DNA from: a virus
Lineage: Duplodnaviria; Caudoviricetes
Virus record (IMG/VR): IMGVR_UViG_3300033487_000005
Location: 1 to 60,514 of that record
Strand: one strand, 5' to 3'
Length of the DNA: 60,514 nt
Both the position numbers and the translations under genes were made by a program. This document shows, one piece after another, positions 25,695 through 36,662 of the stretch (positions within the stretch are counted from its first letter, which is position 1; every line of letters begins with the position of its first letter). The notes beneath the pieces were generated by a model. It ran no database searches, was not told the origin of the DNA, and saw only the letters and a list, made by a program, of their open reading frames with translations.

Positions 25695-26479
25695 TGGCGA
25701 CGGTTCCATGGATTCGTTTCTACACGTCCTTCCCGCGTCACCGGAAGACGGTGATGCTGAAACGAGAACTGGGTACCTACGAACCGATCGTCAACCTGTG
25801 GTGCTGGGCAGCGGACAACGCGCAAGACGGTAACCTGGCAGGGTTCACCGTGGATGAGCTGGAGGACTTCGCCGGGTGGAAGGGACGCAAGGGCGCTGCG
25901 ATAAACGCACTGCTCTCTTCCGGTTTTCTGGACGAAAACGACGGCTGTTTTCGGCTCCATGATTGGATGGAAGGGACGGGAGCTGGCATTGAAAGTCTAA
26001 TGAAAACGCGCAATAGGCAACGCGACATCATGAAACAAAAGCGTAACGTTAGCGCTAACACAAACACTCACAGCGATGCTAAAGCATCGCAAATCCCTCT
26101 TACTCTATCTGTCTGTGATCAGAGTATATCCGGATCAGATCGCGTGAGCGATTGCCACGCCGACTCAATCCGCTTGGTGTTCGACCACTACCGTAAACTC
26201 CACCCCAGGGCGTTCCGTGATCCGCAGCCAGGAACGAAGGAGTGGAGGCTCATCCGCGACCGGCTGAAGGAGGGGACCACGGTGGAGGAACTTTTCCTGT
26301 GCATCGATGGCTACCACAAGAGCCCGTATCACACTGGGCAGAACGATACCAAAACGAAGTACCTCGACCTGGAGTTGTTCGTGCGCGACGGAAGCCACGT
26401 CTCCAAGGGGATCGAACTTGCTTCCGAGAAACCCAAACAAGAGCCCAGATGGGGTGGCTCAGATAGGCTGTATCGTTGA
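25694..26479 (+). CDS. Replication initiator / replisome organiser
   Basis: WIRFYTSFPRHRK N-terminus, HDW, low-complexity linker, C-terminal KYLDLELFVR; upstream of helicase. Confidence 0.7.
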   Translation: MATVPWIRFYTSFPRHRKTVMLKRELGTYEPIVNLWCWAADNAQDGNLAGFTVDELEDFAGWKGRKGAAINALLSSGFLDENDGCFRLHDWMEGTGAGIESLMKTRNRQRDIMKQKRNVSANTNTHSDAKASQIPLTLSVCDQSISGSDRVSDCHADSIRLVFDHYRKLHPRAFRDPQPGTKEWRLIRDRLKEGTTVEELFLCIDGYHKSPYHTGQNDTKTKYLDLELFVRDGSHVSKGIELASEKPKQEPRWGGSDRLYR

Positions 26480-28344
26480 TGGAACTACGCAACATAGACC
26501 CAATCGCAGCAGAGAACGACTTCCGCGCGAAGATGGCGGAAGCTGGACTCGTCCCACCGGACGGACTTCGGACGGACGGCAAAATCACGCGCGTCCACGT
26601 CGACGGAAAGAAGGGCAAGCGCGACGGGTGGTACGTGTACTTTGCCGACGGATTGCCGGCCGGCGCCTTCGGAGACTGGCACGATGGCGAGTCAGGTTGG
26701 CAAACGTGGTGTGCAGCTGACACGAAGACGCTCAGTAACGCTGAGTACCTCGAGCACAAGTCGAGGCTGGACCGCGCCAGGGCGGCACGAAGGTTGGAAG
26801 CCGAGCAAGTCCAGAAGGCTGCCCAGGACGCAGCAGATGCGCTGTGGGACGCGGCGAAGCCTGCCGAGGCATCTCACCCCTACCTCGATCGCAAACGTGT
26901 CCAGGCTCACGGGCTGCGTATCCACGCTGACGGTAGGCTGGTGGTCCCCATCCGAGATGGAGAAGGACAGATCTGGTCGGTCGAGTTCATCGACGCGCAA
27001 GGGGAGAAGAGGTTCTTGCCGGGTGGACGCAAGGGAGGCCTCTGGTTCGAGCTCGGGGATCCCGGGCAAGTCCTGTGCGTGGCGGAAGGGTTCGCAACTG
27101 CGGCAAGCGTCCACGAGGCGACGGGGTACTTCGTGGCCGTGGCATTCGATTGCGGGAACCTGGCCAGGGTGGCCAAAGCACTGCGCGACAAGCACCCGAC
27201 GGCGAAGATCGTGATCTGCGCGGACGACGACCAGAAGACGAAGGGGAACCCGGGGCTCACCGCTGCCCAGCGAGCCGCCAAGGAATCCAACGGAGTCGTT
27301 GCCATCCCTGCGCAGCCCGGAGATTTCAACGACCAGGCGGTTGCGATGGGTCCTGGCAGCGTCTCCGAGGCGGTGAACAAAACGCTTGCAGCGGACACTG
27401 GCCCTATCGACGCGGCGGACTTGTTCCCGTTGGTGATGGCCGAGATCGAGGCGCGCAAGGACGGGAAGAGCAAGAGCGCGATCCACACTGGGATTGGAAG
27501 CGTCGACGAGCTGACCGGTGGGCTGCGACTCGGATACCTGTCCGTAATGGCCGGGCTACCAGGGGTGGGAAAGACGGCAGCCGTTATCGGGATCATCTCC
27601 CACAACGCGAACCACGGGATACCGTGCCTGCTGTTCAGCATCGAGATGGATCGTCTCGACATGGGAACACGGTTCATCTCTCAGCTTTCAGGCGTCGCAG
27701 CTTCGTCGATCTTCTCGGAGCGCGAGCCAATGGACAAGCAGCAGTGGGACGCGATGATGGGAGCCGGAGAAGAGCTTTCCAAGTCACTGCTGACCGTAGA
27801 CGATCGCGCTGTCACGCTCAACCAGCTCGTGGATCAGAGCCACAAGTGGTACACCGACAAGGTTCGGTCGGCAGGCAAGGAAACCGGGCTGATCGCTGTG
27901 GACTACCTCGGGTTGATTCGCAGCGAGGAAGGTAGCGAGAACCGAAACCGAGAGGTGGCAGCGATGGCCCAGGGTCTCAAGCTGCTCGCCCGCACTCTGC
28001 GGGTCCCTGTGCTTCTGTGCGCGCAACTTAACCGTCAGGCGGCGGCCAACGGTGGAGAGCCAGAACTGTTTCACCTGAGAGACTCGGGAGAGATCGAAGC
28101 GGCTGCCGACCTGGTGATCTTCCCATACCAGTGGCCGCGCTACACGAACCAGGACGGCGAGCAGGTGATGAAGATTCCGACGGCCGAAGAGCAGGCGCGA
28201 GGAGTGGTGGCCGTGGACAAGTGGCTCGTGAGGAAGAACCGCAACGGACCAAAGGGCGCAGCCGCGGTGAAGTGGAACGCCGAGATCATGCTGTACACCG
28301 GACTAGGGCAAGACGACCAGCTCCCATGGAGGAACGACGGATGA
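26476..28344 (+). CDS. Toprim primase-DnaB-like helicase fusion
   Basis: AEGFAT, CADDD, GDFND; GLPGVGKT, SIEM, VDYL, AQLNR, LRDSGEIE. Confidence 0.92.
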   Translation: MMELRNIDPIAAENDFRAKMAEAGLVPPDGLRTDGKITRVHVDGKKGKRDGWYVYFADGLPAGAFGDWHDGESGWQTWCAADTKTLSNAEYLEHKSRLDRARAARRLEAEQVQKAAQDAADALWDAAKPAEASHPYLDRKRVQAHGLRIHADGRLVVPIRDGEGQIWSVEFIDAQGEKRFLPGGRKGGLWFELGDPGQVLCVAEGFATAASVHEATGYFVAVAFDCGNLARVAKALRDKHPTAKIVICADDDQKTKGNPGLTAAQRAAKESNGVVAIPAQPGDFNDQAVAMGPGSVSEAVNKTLAADTGPIDAADLFPLVMAEIEARKDGKSKSAIHTGIGSVDELTGGLRLGYLSVMAGLPGVGKTAAVIGIISHNANHGIPCLLFSIEMDRLDMGTRFISQLSGVAASSIFSEREPMDKQQWDAMMGAGEELSKSLLTVDDRAVTLNQLVDQSHKWYTDKVRSAGKETGLIAVDYLGLIRSEEGSENRNREVAAMAQGLKLLARTLRVPVLLCAQLNRQAAANGGEPELFHLRDSGEIEAAADLVIFPYQWPRYTNQDGEQVMKIPTAEEQARGVVAVDKWLVRKNRNGPKGAAAVKWNAEIMLYTGLGQDDQLPWRNDG

Positions 28345-28507
28345 CCGACGCGGAGAAGCTACGCATGATTTCGGATTTGTTCGTCGAGTGGACGAACGAG
28401 CCCTATTCGGATTTAGGGCATGGGATGGCAGGACATCCAGCGGAGCACTACTTGGACGCGATCGGCGATGTCATGACAAATCATGATAGCGACGAAGAGG
28501 CTACACC

Positions 28508-28720
28508 ATGAGCACCCGCACCCTGCTGATCCTCGTCGAGGTGCAGGTCGAGTGCGGCGACGAGTTCTGCGTGGCCTGCGGGAACTGGCACACGATGGGC
28601 GACGGCAGTCGCTACTGCCTGGCGACGAGCGATTACATCGAGTGCGGCCGGCGCACGGCGGGTTGCCACCTGGCCGAGAAGCGAGCACGGGAGATGCTAC
28701 AAACGAAAGGGGAACGATGA
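28508..28720 (+). CDS. Small Cys-rich protein
   Basis: Coupled ORF. Confidence 0.55.
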   Translation: MSTRTLLILVEVQVECGDEFCVACGNWHTMGDGSRYCLATSDYIECGRRTAGCHLAEKRAREMLQTKGER

Positions 28721-29037
28721 GCAACACGAACACATTCACGATCACGGGCAAGGTCGACCGGGTAATCACGACTACGAGCAAGACGGGACGCGACTTCTAT
28801 TCGATGGTTCTGGCGGTGGAAGATCAGCTTGTTCCGCTCAAGCTGTGGGGTGAGACGAACGAGTGGAAGACGGCAAAGAAGGGGACCGAGCTGACTGTCA
28901 CCGGCCGGCTGGGCGGGAGGGCGTGGCAAGACAAGGTCTTCGGCGACGCCATCGCAGAGACGATCGAAATCGTGGGCACGGAGAAAGGCGCCGTCCCCGC
29001 CTCTCCAGCCGACGATTCCGATTCGATCCCGTTCTAG
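28717..29037 (+). CDS. ssb: Single-stranded DNA-binding protein
   Basis: NTFTITG, VTGRL..R.W and acidic tail DDSDSIPF. Confidence 0.85.
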   Translation: MSNTNTFTITGKVDRVITTTSKTGRDFYSMVLAVEDQLVPLKLWGETNEWKTAKKGTELTVTGRLGGRAWQDKVFGDAIAETIEIVGTEKGAVPASPADDSDSIPF

Positions 29038-29066
29038 ATTCACGAACCAAAGGAGACACAAGCAGC

Positions 29067-29510
29067 ATGAAAGACGCAGGATTTTCCGCAACGCTCAAGT
29101 CAGCGAAGCTCACGGCCCGCAAGAACCCGGACAAGCCCGACGCGATCATCCGCCGGGTGAGGTTCGAGCTGGTGAAGAACTTCGAGGCGAGCGATGCGGA
29201 GTGGATGGGCCCGACGGCGATCGATGGGCGCAAGGCAATGCAGTCGAGGGACATGAAGAAGATCGTGCTCCCGATCGACGCCTACCACGCGAAGGCCACG
29301 CTGACCGGGAACGGGACCGCCGAGATCGCGGACTGCGCAGGGGTGACGGCCACGGCGGCCGTCAAGGGCAGGGACGAATCGGAGCACGAGGAGATCACCT
29401 TCGTCTTCGAGGCGTTCCCCGACGCGAAACTGGTGACTTTCCTGGCGGCTTCGCTTGGGTGCGGCGTCGACTGCACGTTCGCGGCGCTGCAGCTCGAAAT
29501 CGGCGCTTGA
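29067..29510 (+). CDS. Hypothetical protein
   Basis: AAGGAG RBS. Confidence 0.65.
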   Translation: MKDAGFSATLKSAKLTARKNPDKPDAIIRRVRFELVKNFEASDAEWMGPTAIDGRKAMQSRDMKKIVLPIDAYHAKATLTGNGTAEIADCAGVTATAAVKGRDESEHEEITFVFEAFPDAKLVTFLAASLGCGVDCTFAALQLEIGA

Positions 29511-29533
29511 CAGCCCCATCACCTTGATTCAAG

Positions 29534-29728
29534 ATGACGGTCATGATATCTAAGCTCCAGATCAAGAAGCTCACGGCTGCTCAACGCAACGCCATCGCCG
29601 GGGAGGCGCAGGTATCGCCGAACACGGTCAGGCGATGGGAGAACGGGCAGCCGCTTAGGCCAGTCAGCCTGCTGCGAATCGAGAAGGCGATCGATCGGCT
29701 CAACAGCACGCGCGGTAAGGTGCGGTGA
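29534..29728 (+). CDS. Cro/XRE-like HTH regulator
   Basis: IAGEAQVSPNTVRRWENG; TTGACA promoter directly upstream. Confidence 0.75.
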   Translation: MTVMISKLQIKKLTAAQRNAIAGEAQVSPNTVRRWENGQPLRPVSLLRIEKAIDRLNSTRGKVR

Positions 29729-31556
29729 TGGGAGCGCCTCGCCCGTCCCGACGGCTGGCGATTGCCAGGATGTGTCGAGAATGCATCTATGACTCGGCGC
29801 CGGGCAACGGGACATGGCGCGAGCAGACAGAGGGCTGTACCTCGCCGAAATGCCCACTGTATCCTGTTCGTCCGCTCACGACAGCCACAACGGACGCTGG
29901 GCGCCTCGCAGCCCGAGAAAACAGCGAAAATCGCGCAACGGCTGATGCTGCAGCGGTGGCCGAGAATGGGGAAGTGCGGCCATGACCAAGGACGACGCCA
30001 GAGAGGAACTACGTAACGCGATCGAGAGCCACGCCGACGCCGTTGCGTCAACGCACAATCCGAACATGGAAGAGCAGGACACCGAAGCGACGGCTGAGGA
30101 ATGCGACAAGGCCGTCGACGCCTTCGCAGCCGCGTGCGTGGCCGAGGCGGTGGGGCCGGCGCTGGAGCTGCTGGACAAGCAGGCTCACGAATGCCCAAAC
30201 GTCAGGAAGCTCGCTGGCGCACTTCTCCGAGCAGCGAGGGACGGCAAGTGACAATGCGCGAACGATTCGATGAGCAGTTCGGCAAAGGGCACGTGAGTGC
30301 ATCGATGGCGGTGGCATTCGCCGAGTCCGAGGTTCGCCTGGCGCTGCAACCGCTGGAGCAGGCGCCTGGGCTGGCGGAAGCGGAAGAGCTTCTGCGGCAG
30401 GGCGTGCACACGGAGCACAGCCATACCCGCATCTCCGACGAGTTGGACCGGCTTCGTGCGGAAATCGTAGAATTACGCAAGCTGTGCGGTCGTGCCATCC
30501 GTCACGTCATCCTGCCCGAAGTCCCGACAGGAGAAGAGCAAACGTTCAACCAACTCGTGATCGACCTGGTAGCGGCGTCGCGTCCTGGTCCGCAGCCTGG
30601 GAGGTGAGCTGTGAGCACTCCGCTAGCGCGCCAGATGTCACTTAGCGCGGAGTTAGCCGAGACAGAACGTCAGCTCGATCAGGCACAGCGAGAGAACGCC
30701 GATCTGCGTGCTCAGCTCGCCCCGTACCGTAATGCGCGGGCCGAGATCGAGCGAGAGCTCGAGGGCGCCAATGGGGCGTGCAGGACCGCGTGCCTAGACG
30801 ATCGCATGGCCGCAATGGTGGTCGAGGTCGCCGACATTCGCCGGCAGCTCGCGGATGCCCGGGGCGAGGCGCAGCGGACGGTGTACGCCTGGTGGTATGA
30901 GCCTGACGGAGCGATCGGAGAGCTGCTGTGTGGACGCTGGCTTCACTCGGATGCGGATACCAAAGGGAGACCCGTGGATTCATGCGATCACGCATACGCC
31001 GTCACGCTGACAGCGCGGAAGGTGGGCAAGTGAAGCGCGCTGCACGGGAGGAGCTGCGGAAGCGGCTGGCCGCACGGGGGTGGCCAGTGCAAGATTGGGA
31101 GATTGGCCATATCGCCAGCGAGATTGATCGAGCCGTCCGGAGGGAGCGCGCGAGGGCAAAAGCGCCGGCACGATTGTACAGGAAGGCGAAAGGACGGACA
31201 CGATGAGCAAGTATTGCTACGGCACCAACGAGGAATCGTTCAGCGGACTCGATTCGACCGACTTGGATTCAGCGACCGAGGAAGCTAAGCGAGAGTGCCC
31301 AGAAGGGCCGCTGTGGATCGGAGAATGCGTTGAGCCGGCGCCGCCGGCGCTCGATGGAGATACAGTGCTCGAAGAGATCGGAGTCCAAATGGGAGACGAG
31401 GTTGGCGAGCCAGCAGAAGACTGGCCAGACCTGTCCAGAGAAGAAGCGAAGGTGTTGGGCGAAGCGCTGACGAGCGTGCTCATGGCCCATCTTACTGCGG
31501 CCGGAGCGTGGCCGCCGAGATTCTACTCAGTGCGGAACGCGCAGAAGATTCGATAG
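29725..31556 (+). other. Run of small coupled hypothetical genes (29725-29985, 29982-30251, ~30255-30607, 30611-31033, 31030-31206, 31203-31556)
   Basis: Overlapping start/stop tiling. Confidence 0.6.
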
Positions 31557-31570
31557 GGAGGACGGACACG

Positions 31571-32452
31571 ATGACCACCGAGAAGCAGACCGAGGGACAG
31601 CAGGGCATGAGCGACGAGCGGATGGCGCTGGAGCTGGCTCACGCGTGCTGGGATGATCCAACGCAACGGCTTGGCGTCGGATGGTGCAGCGAAGACGAGA
31701 TGGTCAAGTGGCTGCGAGTCCTCGCCGCGGCCCGCGAGCTGCTCGCACCGACCGCCAAGCCTGTCGAGATTCCCGCCGCACTCGTCGGCAAGATGCCCAA
31801 CCTGGAGCTTCGCATCAGTGGAAACTGCGGCGCGGAAGCGATCATGTTGGCGGCGTGGAAGGACTGTCAGGACGCCAAGCAGGCGGGGAGGCGCGAGGCG
31901 CTGACCGAGGTTGACGAGCGCTACCGCTTGGCATTCACCAGATACGGTACGTCGTGGAATTATAGCTACGATGAGTTCACGGCGTGGCTGGACAAGCAGC
32001 GCGACGCCTGCGGCCCCGGCGCGAAGGAAGAGTTCGACGCCGACGACGGCCTGACCGACGCCGAATACGCCGACGTCGTCCGCGAGCACACGTCGGAGGA
32101 CGCGAAGATGCATTCCACCACGACGGAAGAGGCGCCATGGGTTGTCAAATGCCCGGCAGGCATGACGCCAGCGCTTCCCGTCGAGCCGCTGAGCGATGAC
32201 GACATTGGGCGCGAGGCGCTGCGACTCATGAACGCCGTGGACGGGCCGCTCCGCGATGTGCTTCGACGGGTCGCCGATGCCCAGCGCGCGACTGTGCGCC
32301 CCGTGAAGATGCCGACGGTGGAGGAGCTGGGCGCTGTCATCTTCCAGGTGCTGCTCACCGAGGCACGATTCAACAGAGGCGCAGAACTCAAGATCGCCCG
32401 CGCCGTCCTCTCCCGCCTAGGAACGCAGACGGAAACTAAAGGAGCGAAGTGA
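31571..32452 (+). CDS. Mosaic hypothetical protein
   Basis: GGAGG RBS; helical segments. Confidence 0.65.
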   Translation: MTTEKQTEGQQGMSDERMALELAHACWDDPTQRLGVGWCSEDEMVKWLRVLAAARELLAPTAKPVEIPAALVGKMPNLELRISGNCGAEAIMLAAWKDCQDAKQAGRREALTEVDERYRLAFTRYGTSWNYSYDEFTAWLDKQRDACGPGAKEEFDADDGLTDAEYADVVREHTSEDAKMHSTTTEEAPWVVKCPAGMTPALPVEPLSDDDIGREALRLMNAVDGPLRDVLRRVADAQRATVRPVKMPTVEELGAVIFQVLLTEARFNRGAELKIARAVLSRLGTQTETKGAK

Positions 32453-34029
32453 TGCAAAAGTGCCCGTTCAGGTGCGGGGAATCTGGCGGGACCGACCTGC
32501 ACGTGGTCATCCCATACGACGACGGAGGCGGGTTCTTCGTCGAGTGCTCTGACTGCGGATCTGCCGGACCCGACGGAGACGACGCTGACGGCGCAATCGC
32601 GGCGTGGAACGAGCGAGCACAGAGCTTCGCTGGCATCAATCGAGACGTCCACCCGACGAGCCTACACGGGGAGATTGAGCGCCTTACCCGCGACCAAGAC
32701 GAGTGGAAAGACTTGGCTCTGAGGAATCAGGCAAGCATGGAAAACTATGTGCGTCGGTTGGGTGACTCGGAATCGATTTGTCGAGTAGCAGAGTCGGAGA
32801 TCACGCGGCTGAAGGACCAGCTGACGGCGGCGTTGCTGGAGCGCGATGGCCTGGCGAGCTGGAAGGAACACGCGTTGTGCAGTCTCGCCAGGTGGAACAA
32901 GGTGCAAGACGAGCTTCAGCGTGGACCGTATGGTGCGAAGCTGGCCCACGATGCGTCCACCGAGGCCATCCGCATCCTCCGCGAGCAGCTGGCGATGGTG
33001 GAAACGCGTACAGCAGAGTGGTCGGCCGCCGACAAGCGCTGGCGTGAGAGCGAGCAGGCCAGACAAGTCGAGCATGCTCATGCCATCTCCGAGATCACCC
33101 GGCTGTCCCGAGAGCAGGCCGCCGAAATCGCGCGCCTCAACGAAGCACTCGGGCTCGCCCAGCGCCAGCGCGACAACGCAGAACGCGCGCAGCAGGTGGA
33201 GATGGTGAAGCATAGCTGGACCGGAATTGACTTTGGTTCCGAGCCGCCGGTTGTTGTGACTCCAGTGCCACCGACGCAGCAGGCAGAGAGCACGCGGGTA
33301 TCACAATCGCCTGCTGCCGAGCGCGGATTCTGGTTCGCGTTGCACACCGACGGGACTCCGTTGATCGACATGGGCGGGCATCCGTGCCACTACGATTCCG
33401 AGGAATCAGCCAGGAACGCGTCGTTCCGCTGGCGCGGCGACGGGACTGCGGAGGTCCTGTCTTCGAGGGGCGCCTGTCACTGCGAGATGTGCTCTCGCGT
33501 GTATGGAGAGAAAGCGCCGCCAGCCGAGGCGCCCATGCCGAGGCTGGAGTCGTGCGAGGTGTACCCAGACCATCACGGACGCGTCGTCATCGGTAGGTGC
33601 CAGGCGCTCGCTGCCGCCCGGGCCGACCTGGCCGAGGACCGCACGAAGATTGTGGACGCGTATGAGTTCGTCCTATCGGATGTCCGCGATCGGGACCGGA
33701 AGCGCATCGCCGAGCTGGAGCGCGAGTTGGAAGTGGTCAAACGCCAGATGGGAATCGAGTGCGAGGCCAAACACGTCAACGCCCAGGCTGCGTGGGAGCT
33801 GGCCGAGCTGCGAGGAAGACTAGAGGAGTGGTGCTGTACCGTCGGCGAGGAACTGTGCCCTCCAGGAGCTGACACTTATGGCGAGGGCGTGCGCGAGAGC
33901 AAGAGCCAGGTCGCGCTCCTCCTGCACCTCGACCAGCCGGCGGGGCGCGAACCCTGCGACCGATGCGTGGCCGAGCGCAACGGCGGGAGCTGCGAGTGCC
34001 AGCACACCGACAAGGACGGTGCCAAGTGA
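32449..34029 (+). CDS. Lar-like (restriction alleviation) Zn-ribbon fused to a long coiled coil
   Basis: CPFRCG...FFVECSDCGSAGP......AIAAWNER. Confidence 0.7.
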   Translation: MMQKCPFRCGESGGTDLHVVIPYDDGGGFFVECSDCGSAGPDGDDADGAIAAWNERAQSFAGINRDVHPTSLHGEIERLTRDQDEWKDLALRNQASMENYVRRLGDSESICRVAESEITRLKDQLTAALLERDGLASWKEHALCSLARWNKVQDELQRGPYGAKLAHDASTEAIRILREQLAMVETRTAEWSAADKRWRESEQARQVEHAHAISEITRLSREQAAEIARLNEALGLAQRQRDNAERAQQVEMVKHSWTGIDFGSEPPVVVTPVPPTQQAESTRVSQSPAAERGFWFALHTDGTPLIDMGGHPCHYDSEESARNASFRWRGDGTAEVLSSRGACHCEMCSRVYGEKAPPAEAPMPRLESCEVYPDHHGRVVIGRCQALAAARADLAEDRTKIVDAYEFVLSDVRDRDRKRIAELERELEVVKRQMGIECEAKHVNAQAAWELAELRGRLEEWCCTVGEELCPPGADTYGEGVRESKSQVALLLHLDQPAGREPCDRCVAERNGGSCECQHTDKDGAK

Positions 34030-34839
34030 GCAATCCGAAGAAGCAGGACCGACGAACGAGCCCGTATCGACAGCGCAAGCCGGCGCCGTTCAGGCGGTGG
34101 AGCGTGGCCTACGAGCTAAGTGTTCCGATTCAGCTGCTGTGCGGTGATGACGTTGTGCTGGTGTTGCGAGCAGTGGCAGGTCAGAATCCGCTGGCAGAGG
34201 AGATCGCTTCAGCCCTCAACCGCGCCCGCGTCGTGCTGCCGAAGGAGAAGCCGTGAGCGACGAGCAGAACCGCGACCACCGGTGCAGGACCTGCGAGCAC
34301 TGGAGCGCGCCGTACTTGCCAGAGCGATGGGGCCAAGAACCGTGGGCTTGCGAATGTCCGATTCCGTTCTTCGTCACGAATGCAGAGGAAAACGTGGGCC
34401 CCATGGATGGCGGGAGATGCTTGGCGTACCAGTACAGCTACCGCCGGGCAAGGCTGGTGAAGCCGTGAAGTGGTGGGCCGGCGATTATGTGTTCTTTCGA
34501 GTCAGACGTCACGGGCGACTGTGCAAAGCGGCGTTGATGTTGATTCGCTCAGCGTTGCGTGCGAGCGGGAGGCTGCGTTGATCTGCGACCTGTTCCTGGT
34601 CAAGACCGCGCGCTAGGTGGTACGGACGCACAGGAGGGACAGCAATGCATGACCCGAGAATCGAAGAAGAGGCACGGGAGTACCTCGACAGAGTCGATGG
34701 GGTGACCGACCGGTGGACGAGGAGCGACGTGTTCCGCCACCTGGTCGCGTTCGCCGAGTACATGAGGGCAGTGGACAGCGCGGACAGGAGGAGACGGAGT
34801 GGAAGCAGCGATCAGACGGGCAGAGGCAGCACTGGCTAG
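34026..34839 (+). other. Small hypothetical genes (34026-34256, 34253-34468, 34645-34839)
   Basis: Coupled ORFs and RBS. Confidence 0.55.
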
Positions 34840-34990
34840 GATGGCGAGGACCATCGCGGACATGCAGAGGATTCTCGACGAGCGGGAGTGGCGGGAGGTT
34901 CCGACGACGCCGATACCGCCCGCGCTGCTGGCAGAGGTACGGGGCAGATAGGCTCGCGTTAGAGAATCGTCAAGGGGCGGCCGATTCTCC

Positions 34991-35019
34991 TTGCGCTGGT
35001 AATACCAGCGTGGTATCCT
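34991..35019 (+). promoter_or_regulatory. Promoter with a perfect 8-bp-arm operator
   Basis: TTGCGC-17-TATCCT; CGCTGGTA-A-TACCAGCG. Confidence 0.65.
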
Positions 35020-35028
35020 AGTCTCATC

Positions 35029-35205
35029 ATGACGAAGACGAAGCAGACCCTGGCGATTCTGAAGCAGACCGTAACGACGCGCACAGTCGACCGCGCTTCC
35101 TGGAAAGCCATAGCGTTCTCGGCCAAGATCGCGAATGTCATCAACGCGGCACTCGAGGGCGACCTGGCGACCGAGCTCGCGGCCGCGGCGGAGGTGCGGT
35201 CGTGA
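35029..35205 (+). CDS. Small leaderless protein (not in the ORF track)
   Basis: MTKTKQTLAILKQ..., 58 aa. Confidence 0.55.
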   Translation: MTKTKQTLAILKQTVTTRTVDRASWKAIAFSAKIANVINAALEGDLATELAAAAEVRS

Positions 35206-35453
35206 AGCTGCTCATCATCGCCGTCATCATCTGCACCGCGATTTTCGCCTACGGCCCTGCCATCGTCCGCGCGCTCGGGGGCGCCTCATGAACTACGACC
35301 AGAGCGAATGGGGCGACGTCAGGACCACGCCAGACGGGATGAGCCTGGAAGACCTGCGCAGGGCCATCGCCGAGCGCCTGGCCGGGCACGATGGCGTAGT
35401 CGCGCGCGAGATTCCACCGAGCATGGATGTCACGATGAAGCTTGAGGCCATCG

Positions 35454-35648
35454 GTGGCTAACCAGCACACCGGCCGCCGCGGGCTGGGAGTCGGGAGCAA
35501 GACCCTCATCGTCAAGGTGACCGCCGACGAGAAGGCCGCAATCACGGCGCGGCTGCAAGGTCTCACATACAGCGACTACCTGAGGGTCAGGCTCGGGCTC
35601 GAGACGAGCTCGGAGGTCGAAGCAGAGCACAAGGACGGCGGCAAATGA
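35454..35648 (+). CDS. MobC/RHH-like regulator
   Basis: LIVKVTADEKAAI....GLTYSDYLR. Confidence 0.7.
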   Translation: MANQHTGRRGLGVGSKTLIVKVTADEKAAITARLQGLTYSDYLRVRLGLETSSEVEAEHKDGGK

Positions 35649-35720
35649 CCACCGCACTCGTGCTCGTCCTGCTCGTTTTCGCGTACGCCAGGATGCTGTG
35701 ATTTTGGTATGATAGTGGGG

Positions 35721-36281
35721 ATGGAAAGGTCCGCTTTCGTAGAAGAGCGAATACGAAACAAGGTACTCAAGTACATCCGAAGACACGGCATCGCCGTCGA
35801 CGACGATCCTGAATGGAGGTTCACGACGTCGCATAACGTCGGAAGAGAAAAGCAGCTATGGGAGGTGTACATCTACGGGCTCGCCGACCCACGTGACCAC
35901 GTGATTCGGTACGTTGGAAAGACGGTGAAGCCGCTCTACGAACGCGCCACCGGGCACATGAACGATCCAACGAATGCTCGTATGGCGGAATGGGTTGAGT
36001 CGTTGGACGCGGTCAATGTCGTTGTGGAAATCGTTGCACTGGAGATCTGCACTCCCAAAACATGGGAGTTGGAAGAGCGCAAATGGATAGCCAGGATGCG
36101 TAGGATAGGCACCATCCTGAATCTTGACAGAGGTGGAATCAGGGGGAGCCAACGGGGGAGGAAGAGCAACTACAAGGGGCCGAGAACCGCAGCAGGACCT
36201 GTCAGAATTCTGACAAAGGACGAGATTGCAAGGCTCAACGCAGAACTACTTGGCGAGCAACCGTCTTCCGTGGCACCTTAG
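35721..36281 (+). CDS. GIY-YIG endonuclease
   Basis: YIYGLADPR....YVGKT...R..GH...ERKWI....LN. Confidence 0.85.
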   Translation: MERSAFVEERIRNKVLKYIRRHGIAVDDDPEWRFTTSHNVGREKQLWEVYIYGLADPRDHVIRYVGKTVKPLYERATGHMNDPTNARMAEWVESLDAVNVVVEIVALEICTPKTWELEERKWIARMRRIGTILNLDRGGIRGSQRGRKSNYKGPRTAAGPVRILTKDEIARLNAELLGEQPSSVAP

Positions 36282-36567
36282 GCACATGCAACTCAAGAGC
36301 ATCCAGTCGCAGGGACAAGACCTCGGCTGGTTCGCTCACAGGCAGTCAAGGGACGCGCTGGTAGGTACCCGGACGCGCGAGCAGTCGCGGCGACGTGAGG
36401 TAGGGCAAGGCCACATGCGAAGGGGTTCCGTAGGCTCGGTCATGTGGACAGCGAAGTAGCCACCAAACTCCACCACGTCCAAGACGAACAAACGAATAGA
36501 CTCCGGTTTCTTCTTCTCTCAAGTATGAAAGAAAACGGAGCCTTTCTTGCGTCCATGGTCCTTCCCC

Positions 36568-36622
36568 CCAATACGTGGGCCATCGTTTCCGCGCCGTCTA
36601 GACCAAATCGCCCACGTATTGG
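36568..36622. repeat. Perfect 13-bp inverted repeat upstream of terS
   Basis: CCAATACGTGGGC ... GCCCACGTATTGG. Confidence 0.8.
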
Positions 36623-36662
36623 AGAAGAAAGAACGCACACGGGAGCGTGGTATCCTGGAGTC

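Noticed and set aside
36444-36662. N-terminal extension of TerS given in the ORF track
   Set aside because: It overlaps inverted repeats and a -10-like hexamer; the TerS-like motif begins after GTG 36663.
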